From the human T2T-CHM13v2.0 reference genome, Homo sapiens, in assembly GCF_009914755.1 (NCBI RefSeq), contig NC_060946.1: a stretch of DNA of 64,000 nt. One strand, 5' to 3'. The translations under genes were made by a program, and so were the position numbers. The notes beneath the pieces are model-generated. The model saw only the letters and a list, made by a program, of their open reading frames with translations. It had not been told where the DNA came from and ran no database searches. This document shows, one piece after another, positions 40,901 through 54,000 of this stretch (position 1 is the first letter of the stretch; each line of letters starts with the position of its first letter).

Positions 40901-43900
40901 CCACTTGCACATACTACAAAAAGAGTGCTTCAAACCTGCTCTCTGAAACGGAATGTTCAACTCTATGAGTTGAATGCAAACATCACAAAGACGTTTCTGA
41001 GAATGCTTCTGTCTAGATTTGATATGAAGATATTCCCGTTTCCAACGAAATCTTCAAATCTATCCAAATGTCCACTTGCAGATTCAACAAAATGTGTTTT
41101 TCAGAACTGCTCTATCAAAAGAAAGATCCACCTCTGTTAGCTGAGTTCACACATCACAAACAAGTTTATGAGAATGCTTCTGTCTAGTTTTTATTTGAAG
41201 ATATTTCCTTTCTCACCATAGACCTGAAAGCTGTCCTAATGTTCACTTCCAGATACTACAGAAAGAGTGTTTCAAAACTGCTGTACGAAAGGGAATGTTC
41301 AACTCTGTGACTTGAATGCACACATCACAAAGAAGTTTCTGAGGATGCTGCTGTCTACTTTTTATACGTAATCTCGTTTCCAACGAAATCCTCCAAGCTA
41401 TCCAAATATCCACTTGCAGATTCCACAGAAAGACTGTTTCAAAACTGCTCTGTCTATAGAAAGGTTCAACTCTGTTAGCTGCGTGCATATATCCCAAAGA
41501 CGATTCTGAGATTGCTTCTGTCTAGTTTTTATGGGAAGATATTTCCCTTTTCACCGTAGGCGTCAAGGCGCTCCAAATGTCCACTACCAGATGCTACAAA
41601 AAGAGTGTTTCAAACCTACTCTGTGAAAGGGAATATTCAACTCTGTGACTTGAATGCAGATATCACAAAGAAGTTTCTGAGAATGCTTCTGTCGAGATTT
41701 TATATGAAGATATTCCGGTTTCCAACGAAATCCTGAAATCTATCCAAATATCCCCTCGCAGATTCTACAAAAAGAGTGTTTCAAAACTGCTCTGTAAAAA
41801 GAAAGGTTCAACTCTGTTAGTTGAGTACACACATCACAAACAAGTTTCACAGAATGCTTCTTTCTAGCTTGTAGGGGAAGATATTCCCTTTATCACCATG
41901 GTCCTCAAACCGTCCGAAATGTCCACTTCCATATACTACAAAAAGAGCGTTTCAAACCTGCTCTAGGAAAGGCAATGTTCAACTCTGTGACTTGAATGCA
42001 GACATCACAGAGCAGTTTCTGAGAATGCTTCTGTCTAGATTTTATAGGAAGATATTCCCGTTTCCAACGAAATCTTCACAGCTATCCAAATATCCACTTG
42101 CAGATTCTACAAAAAGAGTGTATCAAAACTGCTCTGTCAAAAGGAAGGTTCTTCTCTGTTAGGTGAGTGCATACGTCATAAAGGAGTTTCTGAGAATGTT
42201 TCTGTCTAGTGGTTATGGGAAGATATTTGCTTTTTCACCGTAGGCCTCAGAGCGCTCCAAATATCCACTTGCACATACTACAAAAAGAGTGCCTCAAAGC
42301 TGCTCTCTGAAACGGAATGTTCAACTCTATGAGTTGAATGCAAACATCACAAAGACGTTTCTGAGAATGCTTCTGTCTAGATTTGATATGAAGATATTCC
42401 CGTTTCCAACGAAATCTTCAAATCTATCCAAATGTCCACTTGCATAATCAACAAAAAGTGTTTTTCAGAACTGCTCTATCAAAAGAAAGATCCACCTCTG
42501 TTAGCTGAGTTCACACATCACAAACAAGTTTATGAGAATGCTTCTGTCTAGTTTTTATTTGAAGATATTTCCTTTCTCACCATAGACCTGAAAGCTGTCC
42601 TAATGTTCACTTCCAGATACTACAGAAAGAGTGTTTCAAAACTGCTGTACGAAAGGGAATGTTCAACTCTGTGACTTGAATGCACACATCACAAAGAAGT
42701 TTCTGAGGATGCTGCTGTCTACTTTTTATACGTAATCCCGTTTCCAACGAAATCCTCCAAGCTATCCAAATATCCACTTGCAGATTCCACAGAAAGACTG
42801 TTTCAAAACTGCTCTGTCAATAGAAAGGTTCAACTCTGTTAGCTGCGTGCATATATCCCAAAGAAGATTCTGAGATTGCTTCTGTCTAGTTTTTATGGGA
42901 AGATATTTCCCTTTTCACCGTAGGCGTCAAGGCGCTCCAAATGTCCACTTCCAGATACTACAAAAAGAGTGTTTCAAACCTACTCTGTGAAAGCGAATAT
43001 TCAACTCTGTGACTTGAATGCACATATCACAAAGAAGTTTCTGAGAATGCTTCTGTCGAGATTTTATATGAAGATATTCCCGTTTCCAACGAAATCCTGA
43101 AATCTATCCAAATATCCCCTCGCAGATTCTACAAAAAGAGTGTTTCAAAACTGCTCTGTAAAAAGAAAGGTTCAACTCTGTTAGTTGAGTACACACATCA
43201 CAAACAAGTTTCACAGAATGCTTCTTTCTAGCTTGTAGGGGAAGATATTCCCTTTATCACCATGGTCCTCAAACCGTCCGAAACGTCCACTTCCATATAC
43301 TACAAAAAGAGCGTTTCAAACCTGCTCTAGGAAAGGCAATGTTCAACTCTGTGACTTGAATGCAGACATCACAGAACAGTTTCTGAGAATGCTTCTGTCT
43401 AGATTTTATAGGAAGATATTCCCGTTTCCAACGAAATCTTCACAGCTATCCAAATATCCACTTGCAGATTCTACAAAAAGAGTGTATCAAAACTGCTCTG
43501 TCAAAAGGAAGGTTCTTCTCTGTTAGGTGAGTGCATACGTCATAAAGGAGTTTCTGAGAATGTTTCTGTCTAGTGGTTATGGGAAGATATTTGCTTTTTC
43601 ACCGTAGGCCTCAGAGCGCTCCAAATATCCACTTGCACATACTACAAAAAGAGTGCCTCAAAGCTGCTCTCTGAAACGGAATGTTCAACTCTATGAGTTG
43701 AATGCAAACATCACAAAGACGTTTCTGAGAATGCTTCTGTCTAGATTTGATATGAAGATATTCCCGTTTCCAACGAAATCTTCAAATCTATCCAAATGTC
43801 CACTTGCAGATTCAACAAAAAGTGTTTTTCAGAACTGCTCTATCAAAAGAAAGATCCACCTCTGTTAGCTGAGTTCACACATCACAAACAAGTTTATGAG

Positions 43901-46900
43901 AATGCTTCTGTCTAGTTTTTATTTGAAGATATTTCCTTTCTCACCATAGACCTGAAAGCTGTCCTAATGTTCACTTCCAGATACTACAGAAAGAGTGTTT
44001 CAAAACTGCTGTACGAAAGGGAATGTTCAACTCTGTGACTTGAATGCACACATCACAAAGAAGTTTCTGAGGATGCTGCTGTCTACTTTTTATACGTAAT
44101 CCCGTTTCCAACGAAATCCTCCAAGCTATCCAAATATCCACTTGCAGATTCCACAGAAAGACTGTATCAAAACTGCTCTGTCAATAGAAAGGTTCAACTC
44201 TGTTAGCTGCGTGCATATATCCCAAGGAAGATTCTGAGATTGCTTCTGTCTAGTTTTTATGGGAAGATATTTCCGTTTTCACCGTAGGCATCAAGGCGCT
44301 CCAAATGTCCACTTCCAGATACTACAAAAAGAGTGTTTCAAACCTACTCTGTGAAAGCGAATATTCAACTCTGTGACTTGAATGCACATATCACAAAGAA
44401 GTTTCTGAGAATGCTTCTGTCGAGATTTTATATGAAGATATTCCCGTTTCCAACGAAATCCTGAAATCTATCCAAATATCCCCTCGCAGATTCTACAAAA
44501 AGAGTGTTTCAAAACTGCTCTGTAAAAAGAAAGGTTCAACTCTGTTAGTTGAGTACACACATCACAAACAAGTTTCACAGAATGCTTCTTTCTAGCTTGT
44601 AGGGGAAGATATTCCCTTTATCACCATGGGCCTCCTACCGTCCGAAACGTCCACTTCCATATACTACCAAAAGAGCGTTTCAAACCTGCTCTAGGAAAGG
44701 CAATGTTCAACTCTGTGACTTGAATGCAGACATCACAGAGCAGTTTCTGAGAATGCTTCTGTCTAGATTTTATAGGAAGATATTCCCGTTTCCAACGAAA
44801 TCTTCACAGCTATCCAAATATCCACTTGCAGATTCTACAAAAAGAGTGTATCAAAACTGCTCTGTCAAAAGGAAGGTTCTTCTCTGTTAGGTGAGTGCAT
44901 ACGTCATAAAGGAGTTTCTGAGAATGTTTCTGTCTAGTGGTTATGGGAAGATATTTGCTTTTTCACCGTAGGCCTCAGAGCGCTCCAAATATCCACTTGC
45001 ACATACTACAAAAAGAGTGCCTCAAAGCTGCTCTCTGAAACGGAATGTTCAACTCTATGAGTTGAATGCAAACATCACAAAGACGTTTCTGAGAATGCTT
45101 CTGTCTAGATTTGATATGAAGATATTCCCGTTTCCAACGAAATCTTCAAATCTATCCAAATGTCCACTTGCATAATCAACAAAAAGTGTTTTTCAGAACT
45201 GCTCTATCAAAAGAAAGATCCACCTCTGTTAGCTGAGTTCACACATCACAAACAAGTTTATGAGAATGCTTCTGTCTAGTTTTTATTTGAAGATATTTCC
45301 TTTCTCACCATAGACCTGAAAGGTGTCCTAATGTTCACTTCCAGATACTACAGAAAGAGTGTTTAAAAACTGCTGTACGAAAGGGAATGTTCAACTCTGT
45401 GACTTGAATGCACACATCACAAAGAAGTTTCTGAGGATGCTGCTGTCTACTTTTTATACGTAATCCCGTTTCCAACGAAATCCTCCAAGCTATCCAAATA
45501 TCCACTTGCAGATTCCACAGAAAGACTGTTTCAAAACTGCTCTGTCAATAGAAAGGTTCAACTCTGTTAGCTGCGTGCATATATCCCAAAGAAGATTCTG
45601 AGATTGCTTCTGTCTAGTTTTTATGGGAAGATATTTCCCTTTTCACCGTAGGCGTCAAGGCGCTCCAAATGTCCACTTCCAGATACTACAAAAAGAGTGT
45701 TTCAAACCTACTCTGTGAAAGGGAATATTCAACTCTGTGACTTGAATGCACATATCACAAAGAAGTTTCTGAGAATGCTTCTGTCGAGATTTTATATGAA
45801 GATGTTCCCGTTTCCAACGAAATCCTGAAATCTATCCAAATATCACCTCGCAGATTCTACAAAAAGAGTGTTTCAAAACAGCTCTGTAAAAAGAAAGCTT
45901 CAACTCTGTTACTTGAGTACACACATCACAAACAAGTTTCACAGAATGCTTCTTTCTAGCTTGTAGGGGAAGATATTCCCTTTATCACCATGGTCCTCAA
46001 ACCGTCCGAAACGTCCACTTCCATATACTACAAAAAGAGCGTTTCAAACCTGCTCTATGAAAGGCAATGTTCAACTCTGTGACTTGAATGCAGACATCAC
46101 AGAGCAGTTTCTGAGAATGCTTCTGTCTAGATTTTATAGGAAGATATTCCCGTTTCCAACGAAATCTTCACAGCTATCCAAATATCCACTTGCAGATTCT
46201 ACAAAAAGAGTGTATCAAAACTGCTCTGTCAAAAGGAAGGTTCTTCTCTGTTAGGTGAGTGCATACGTCATAAAGGAGTTTCTGAGAATGTTTCTGTCTA
46301 GTGGTTATGGGAAGATATTTGCTTTTTCACCGTAGGCCTCAGAGCGCTCCAAATATCCACTTGCACATACTACAAAAAGAGTGCCTCAAAGCTGCTCTCT
46401 GAAACGGAATGTTCAACTCTATGAGTTGAATGCAAACATCACAAAGACGTTTCTGAGAATGCTTCTGTCTAGATTTGATATGAAGATATTCCCGTTTCCA
46501 ACGAAATCTTCAAATCTATCCAAATGTCCACTTGCATAATCAACAAAAAGTGTTTTTCAGAACTGCTCTATCAAAAGAAAGATCCACCTCTGTTAGCTGA
46601 GTTCACACATCACAAACAAGTTTATGAGAATGCTTCTGTCTAGTTTTTATTTGAAGATATTTCCTTTCTCACCATAGACCTGAAAGCTGTCCTAATGTTC
46701 ACTTCCAGATACTACAGAAAGAGTGTTTCAAAACTGCTGTACGAAAGGGAATGTTCAACTCTGTGACTTGAATGCACACATCACAAAGAAGTTTCTGAGG
46801 ATGCTGCTGTCTACTTTTTATACGTAATCCCGTTTCCAACGAAATCCTCCAAGCTATCCAAACATCCACTTGCAGATTCCACAGAAAGACTGTTTCAAAA

Positions 46901-48050
46901 CTGCTCTGTCAATAGAAAGGTTCAACTCTGTTAGCTGCGTGCATATATCCCAAGGAAGATTCTGAGATTGCTTCTGTCTAGTTTTTATGGGAAGATATTT
47001 CCCTTTTCACCGTAGGCGTCAAGGCGCTCCAAATGTCCACTTCCAGATACTACAAAAAGAGTGTTTCAAACCTACTCTGTGAAAGCGAATATTCAACTCT
47101 GTGACTTGAATGCACATATCACAAAGAAGTTTCTGAGAATGCTTCTGTCGAGATTTTATATGAAGATATTCCCGTTTCCAACGAAATCCTGAAATCTATC
47201 CAAATATCCCCTCGCAGATTCTACAAAAAGAGTGTTTCAAAACTGCTCTGTAAAAAGAAAGGTTCAACTCTGTTAGTTGAGTACACACATCACAAACAAG
47301 TTTCACAGAATGCTTCTTTCTAGCTTGTAGGGGAAGATATTCCCTTTATCACCATGGGCCTCCAACCGTCCGAAACGTCCACTTCCATATACTACCAAAA
47401 GAGCGTTTCAAACCTGCTCTAGGAAAGGCAATGTTCAACTCTGTGACTTGAATGCAGACATCACAGAGCAGTTTCTGAGAATGCTTCTGTCTAGATTTTA
47501 TAGGAAGATATTCCCGTTTCCAACGAAATCTTCACAGCTATCCAAATATCCACTTGCAGATTCTACAAAAAGAGTGTATCAAAACTGCTCTGTCAAAAGG
47601 AAGGTTCTTCTCTGTTAGGTGAGTGCATACGTCATAAAGGAGTTTCTGAGAATGTTTCTGTCTAGTGGTTATGGGAAGATATTTGCTTTTTCACCGTAGG
47701 CCTCAGAGCGCTCCAAATATCCACTTGCACATACTACAAAAAGGGTGCCTCAAAGCTGCTCTTTGAAACGGAATGTTCAACTCTATGAGTTGAATGCAAA
47801 CATCACAAAGACGTTTCTGAGAATGCTTCTGTCTAGATTTGATATGAAGATATTCCCGTTTCCAACGAAATCTTCAAATCTATCCAAATGTCCACTTGCA
47901 GATTCAACAAAAAGTGTTTTTCAGAACTGCTCTATCAAAAGAAAGATCCACCTCTGTTAGCTGAGTTCACACATCACAAACAAGTTTATGAGAATGCTTC
48001 TGTCTAGTTTTTATTTGAAGATATTTCCTTTCTCACCATAGACCTGAAAG
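25914..48050. repeat. 19-HOR macro-repeat, copy 2 (matches 1 to about 22,137, then the match ends)
   Basis: Same order of HOR variants as copy 1 up to the aagggtgcct...ctttgaaac HOR at 47745. The match fails from 48053 (gctatcc vs gctgtcc) and at about 48106 (tgtatga vs tgtacga). Confidence 0.93.
37663..38873. repeat. Diverged HOR-haplotype patch (copy 2)
   Basis: Same variant set as 11750-12960, at +25,913. Confidence 0.92.
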
Positions 48051-51000
48051 CTATCCTAATGTTCACTTCCAGATACTACAGAAAGAGTGTTTCAAAACTG
48101 CTGTATGAAAGGGAATGTTCAACTCTGTGACTTGAATGCACACATCACAAAGAAGTTTCTGAGGATGCTGCTGTCTACTTTTTATATGTAATCCCGTTTC
48201 CAACGAAATCCTCCAAGCTATCCAAATATCCACTTGCAGATTCCACAGAAAGACTGTTTCAAAACTGCTCTGTCAATAGAAAGGTTCAACTCTGTTAGCT
48301 GCGTGCATATATCCCAAAGAAGATTCTGAGATTGCTTCTGTCTAGTTTTTATGGGAAGATATTTCCCTTTTCACCGTAGGCGTCAAGGCGCTCCAAATGT
48401 CCACTTCCAGATACTACAAAAAGAGTGTTTCAAACCTACTCTGTGAAAGGGAATATTCAACTCTGTGACTTGAATGCACATATCACAAAGAAGTTTCTGA
48501 TAATGCTTCTGTCGAGATTTTATATGAAGATATTCCCGTTTCCAACGAAATCCTGAAATCTATCCAAATATCCCCTCGCAGATTCTACAAAAAGAGTGTT
48601 TCAAAACTGCTCTGTAAAAAGAAAGGTTCAACTCTGTTAGTTGAGTACACACATCACAAACAAGTTTCACAGAATGCTTCTTTCTAGCTTGTAGGGGAAG
48701 ATATTCCCTTTATCACCATGGGCCTCCAACCGTCCGAAACATCCACTTCCATATACTACAAAAAGAGCGTTTCAAACCTGCTCTATGAAAGGCAATGTTC
48801 AACTCTGTGACTTGAAAGCAGACATCACAGAGCAGTTTCTGAGAATGCTTCTGTCTAGATTTTATAGGAAGATATTCCCGTTTCCAACGAAATCTTCACA
48901 TCTATCCAAATATCCACTTGCAGATTCTTCAAAAAGAGTGTATCAAAACTGCTCTGTCAAAAGGAAGGTTCTTCTCTGTTAGGTGAGTGCATACGTCATA
49001 AAGGAGTTTCTGGGAATGTTTCTGTCTAGTGGTTATGGGAAGATATTTGCTTTTTCACCGTAGGCCTCAGAGCGCTCCAAATATCCACTTGCACATACTA
49101 CAAAAAGAGTGCCTCAAAGCTGCTCTCTGAAACGGAATGTTCAACTCTATGAGTTGAATGCAAACATCACAAAGACGTTTCTGAGAATGCTTCTGTCTAG
49201 ATTTGATATGAAGATATTCCCGTTTCCAACGAAATCTTCAAATCTATCCAAATGTCCACTTGCATAATCAACAAAAAGTGTTTTTCAGAACTGCTCTATC
49301 AAAAGAAAGATCCACCTCTGTTAGCTGAGTTCACACATCACAAACAAGTTTATGAGAATGCTTCTGTCTAGTTTTTATTTGAAGATATTTCCTTTCTCAC
49401 CATAGACCTGAAAGCTGTCCTAATGTTCACTTCCAGATACTACAGAAAGAGTGTTTCAAAACTGCTGTACGAAAGGGAATGTTCAACTCTGTGACTTGAA
49501 TGCACACATCACAAAGAAGTTTCTGAGGATGCTGCTGTCTACTTTTTATACGTAATCCCGTTTCCAACGAAATCCTCCAAGCTATCCAAATATCCACTTG
49601 CAGATTCCACAGAAAGACTGTTTCAAAACTGCTCTGTCAATAGAAAGGTTCAACTCTGTTAGCTGCGTGCATATATCCCAAAGAAGATTCTGAGATTGCT
49701 TCTGTCTAGTTTTTATGGGAAGATATTTCCCTTTTCACCGTAGGCGTCAAGGCGCTCCAAATGTCCACTTCCAGATACTACAAAAAGAGTGTTTCAAACC
49801 TACTCTGTGAAAGCGAATATTCAACTCTGTGACTTGAATGCACATATCACAAAGAAGTTTCTGAGAATGCTTCTGTCGAGATTTTATATGAAGATATTCC
49901 CGTTTCCAAAGAAATCCTGAAATCTATCCAAATATCCCCTCGCAGATTCTACAAAAAGAGTGTTTCAAAACTGCTCTGTAAAAAGAAAGGTTCAACTCTG
50001 TTAGTTGAGTACACACATCACAAACAAGTTTCACAGAATGCTTCTTTCTAGCTTGTAGGGGAAGATATTCCCTTTATCACCATGGTCCTCAAACCGTCCG
50101 AAACGTCCACTTCCATATACTACAAAAAGAGCGTTTCAAACCTGCTCTAGGAAAGGCAATGTTCAACTCTGTGACTTGAATGCAGACATCACAGAGCAGT
50201 TTCTGAGAATGCTTCTGTCTAGATTTTATAGGAAGATATTCCCGTTTCCAACGAAATCTTCACAGCTATCCAAATATCCACTTGCAGATTCTACAAAAAG
50301 AGTGTATCAAAACTGCTCTGTCAAAAGGAAGGTTCTTCTCTGTTAGGTGAGTGCATACGTCATAAAGGAGTTTCTGAGAATGTTTCTGTCTAGTGGTTAT
50401 GGGAAGATATTTGCTTTTTCACCGTAGGCCTCAGAGCGCTCCAAATATCCACTTGCACATACTACAAAAAGAGTGCCTCAAAGCTGCTCTCTGAAACGGA
50501 ATGTTCAACTCTATGAGTTGAATGCAAACATCACAAAGACGTTTCTGAGAATGCTTCTGTCTAGATTTGATATGAAGATATTCCCGTTTCCAACGAAATC
50601 TTCAAATCTATCCAAATGTCCACTTGCATAATCAACAAAAAGTGTTTTTCAGAACTGCTGTATCAAAAGAAAGATCCACGTCTGTTAGCTGAGTTCACAC
50701 ATCACAAACAAGTTTATGAGAATGCTTCTGTCTAGTTTTTATTTGAAGATATTTCCTTTCTCACCATAGACCTGAAAGCTGTCCTAATGTTCACTTCCAG
50801 ATACTACAGAAAGAGTGTTTCAAAACTGCTGTACGAAAGGGAATTTTCAACTCTGTGACTTGAATGCACACATCACAAAGAAGTTTCTGAGGATGCTGCT
50901 GTCTACTTTTTATACGTAATCCCGTTTCCAACGAAATCCTCCAAGCTATCCAAATATCCACTTGCAGATTCCACAGAAAGACTGTTTCAAAACTGCTCTG

Positions 51001-54000
51001 TCAATAGAAAGGTTCAACTCTGTTAGCTGCGTGCATATATCCCAAAGAAGATTCTGAGATTGCTTCTGTCTAGTTTTTATGGGAAGATATTTCCCTTTTC
51101 ACCGTAGGTGTCAAGGCGCTCCAAATGTCCACTTCCAGATACTACAAAAAGAGTGTTTCAAACCTACTCTGTGAAAGGGAATATTCAACTCTGTGACTTG
51201 AATGCACATATCACAAAGAAGTTTCTGAGAATGCTTCTGTCGAGATTTTATATGAAGATATTCCCGTTTCCAACGAAATCCTGAAATCTATCCAAATATC
51301 CCCTCGCAGATTCTACAAAAAGAGTGTTTCAAAACTTCTCTGTAAAAAGAAAGGTTCAACTCTGTTAGTTGAGTACACACATCACAAACAAGTTTCACAG
51401 AATGCTTCTTTCTAGCTTGTAGGGGAAGATATTCCCTTTATCACCGTGGTCCTCAAACCGTCCGAAACGTCCACTTCCATATACTACAAAAAGAGCGTTT
51501 CAAACCTGCTCTAGGAAAGGCAATGTTCAACTCTGTGACTTGAATGCAGACATCACAGAACAGTTTCTGAGAATGCTTCTGTCTAGATTTTATAGGAAGA
51601 TATTCCCGTTTCCAACGAAATCTTCACAGCTATCCAAATATCCACTTGCAGATTCTACAAAAAGAGTGTATCAAAACTGCTCTGTCAAAAGGAAGGTTCT
51701 TCTCTGTTAGGTGAGTGCATACGTCATAAAGGAGTTTCTGAGAATGTTTCTGTCTAGTGGTTATGGGAAGATATTTGCTTTTTCACCGTAGGCCTCAGAG
51801 CGCTCCAAATATCCACTTGCACATACTACAAAAAGAGTGCCTCAAAGCTGCTCTCTGAAACGGAATGTTCAACTCTATGAGTTGAATGCAAACATCACAA
51901 AGACGTTTCTGAGAATGCTTCTGTCTAGATTTGATATGAAGATATTCCCGTTTCCAACGAAATCTTCAAATCTATCCAAATGTCCACTTGCAGATTCAAC
52001 AAAAAGTGTTTTTCAGAACTGCTCTATCAAAAGAAAGATCCACCTCTGTTAGCTGAGTTCACACATCACAAACAAGTTTATGAGAATGCTTCTGTCTAGT
52101 TTTTATTTGAAGATATTTCCTTTCTCACCATAGACCTGAAAGCTGTCCTAATGTTCACTTCCAGATACTACAGAAAGAGTGTTTCAAAACTGCTGTACGA
52201 AAGGGAATGTTCAACTCTGTGACTTGAATGCACACATCACAAAGAAGTTTCTGAGGATGCTGCTGTCTACTTTTTATACGTAATCCCGTTTCCAACGAAA
52301 TCCTCCAAGCTATCCAAATATCCACTTGCAGATTCCACAGAAAGACTGTTTCAAAACTGCTCTGTCAATAGAAAGGTTCAACTCTGTTAGCTGCGTGCAT
52401 ATATCCCAAAGAAGATTCTGAGATTGCTTCTGTCTAGTTTTTATGGGAAGATATTTCCCTTTTCACCGTAGGCGTCAAGGCGCTCCAAATGTCCACTTCC
52501 AGATACTACAAAAAGAGTGTTTCAAACCTACTCTGTGGAAGGGAATATTCAACTCTGTGACTTGAATGCACATATCACAAAGAAGTTTCTGAGAATGCTT
52601 CTGTCGAGATTTTATATGAAGATATTCCCGTTTCCAACGAAATCCTGAAATCTATCCAAATATCCCCTCGCAGATTCTACAAAAAGAGTGTTTCAAAACT
52701 GCTCTGTAAAAAGAAAGGTTCAACTCTGTTAGTTGAGTACACACATCACAAACAAGTTTCACAGAATGCTTCTTTCTAGCTTGTAGGGGAAGATATTCCC
52801 TTTATCACCATGGGCCTCCAACCGTCCGAAACGTCCACTTCCATATACTACCAAAAGAGCGTTTCAAACCTGCTCTAGGAAAGGCAATGTTCAACTCTGT
52901 GACTTGAATGCAGACATCACAGAGCAGTTTCTGAGAATGCTTCTGTCTAGATTTTATAGGAAGATATTCCCGTTTCCAACGAAATCTTCACAGCTATCCA
53001 AATATCCACTTGCAGATTCTACAAAAAGAGTGTATCAAAACTGCTCTGTCAAAAGGAAGGTTCTTCTCTGTTAGGTGAGTGCATACGTCATAAAGGAGTT
53101 TCTGAGAATGTTTCTGTCTAGTGGTTATGGGAAGATATTTGCTTTTTCACCGTAGGCCTCAGAGCGCTCCAAATATCCACTTGCACATACTACAAAAAGA
53201 GTGCCTCAAAGCTGCTCTCTGAAACGGAATGTTCAACTCTATGAGTTGAATGCAAACATCACAAAGACGTTTCTGAGAATGCTTCTGTCTAGATTTGATA
53301 TGAAGATATTCCCGTTTCCAACGAAATCTTCAAATCTATCCAAATGTCCACTTGCAGATTCAACAAAAAGTGTTTTTCAGAACTGCTCTATCAAAAGAAA
53401 GATCCACCTCTGTTAGCTGAGTTCACACATCACAAACAAGTTTATGAGAATGCTTCTGTCTAGTTTTTATTTGAAGATATTTCCTTTCTCACCATAGACC
53501 TGAAAGCTGTCCTAATGTTCACTTCCAGATACTACAGAAAGAGTGTTTCAAAACTGCTGTACGAAAGGGAATGTTCAACTCTGTGACTTGAATGCACACA
53601 TCACAAAGAAGTTTCTGAGGATGCTGCTGTCTACTTTTTATACGTAATCCCGTTTCCAACGAAATCCTCCAAGCTATCCAAATATCCACTTGCAGATTCC
53701 ACAGAAAGACTGTTTCAAAACTGCTCTGTCAATAGAAAGGTTCAACTCTGTTAGCTGCGTGCATATATCCCAAAGAAGATTCTGAGATTGCTTCTGTCTA
53801 GTTTTTATGGGAAGATATTTCCCTTTTCACCGTAGGCGTCAAGGCGCTCCAAATGTCCACTTCCAGATACTACAAAAAGAGTGTTTCAAACCTACTCTGT
53901 GAAAGCGAATATTCAACTCTGTGACTTGAATGCACATATCACAAAGAAGTTTCTGAGAATGCTTCTGTCGAGATTTTATATGAAGATATTCCCGTTTCCA

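Noticed and set aside
25914-48050. The 26-kb duplication as a pure assembly artefact
   Set aside because: About 8 differences between the copies, some matching alleles found elsewhere in the array, argue for real copies. It cannot be fully excluded without reads.
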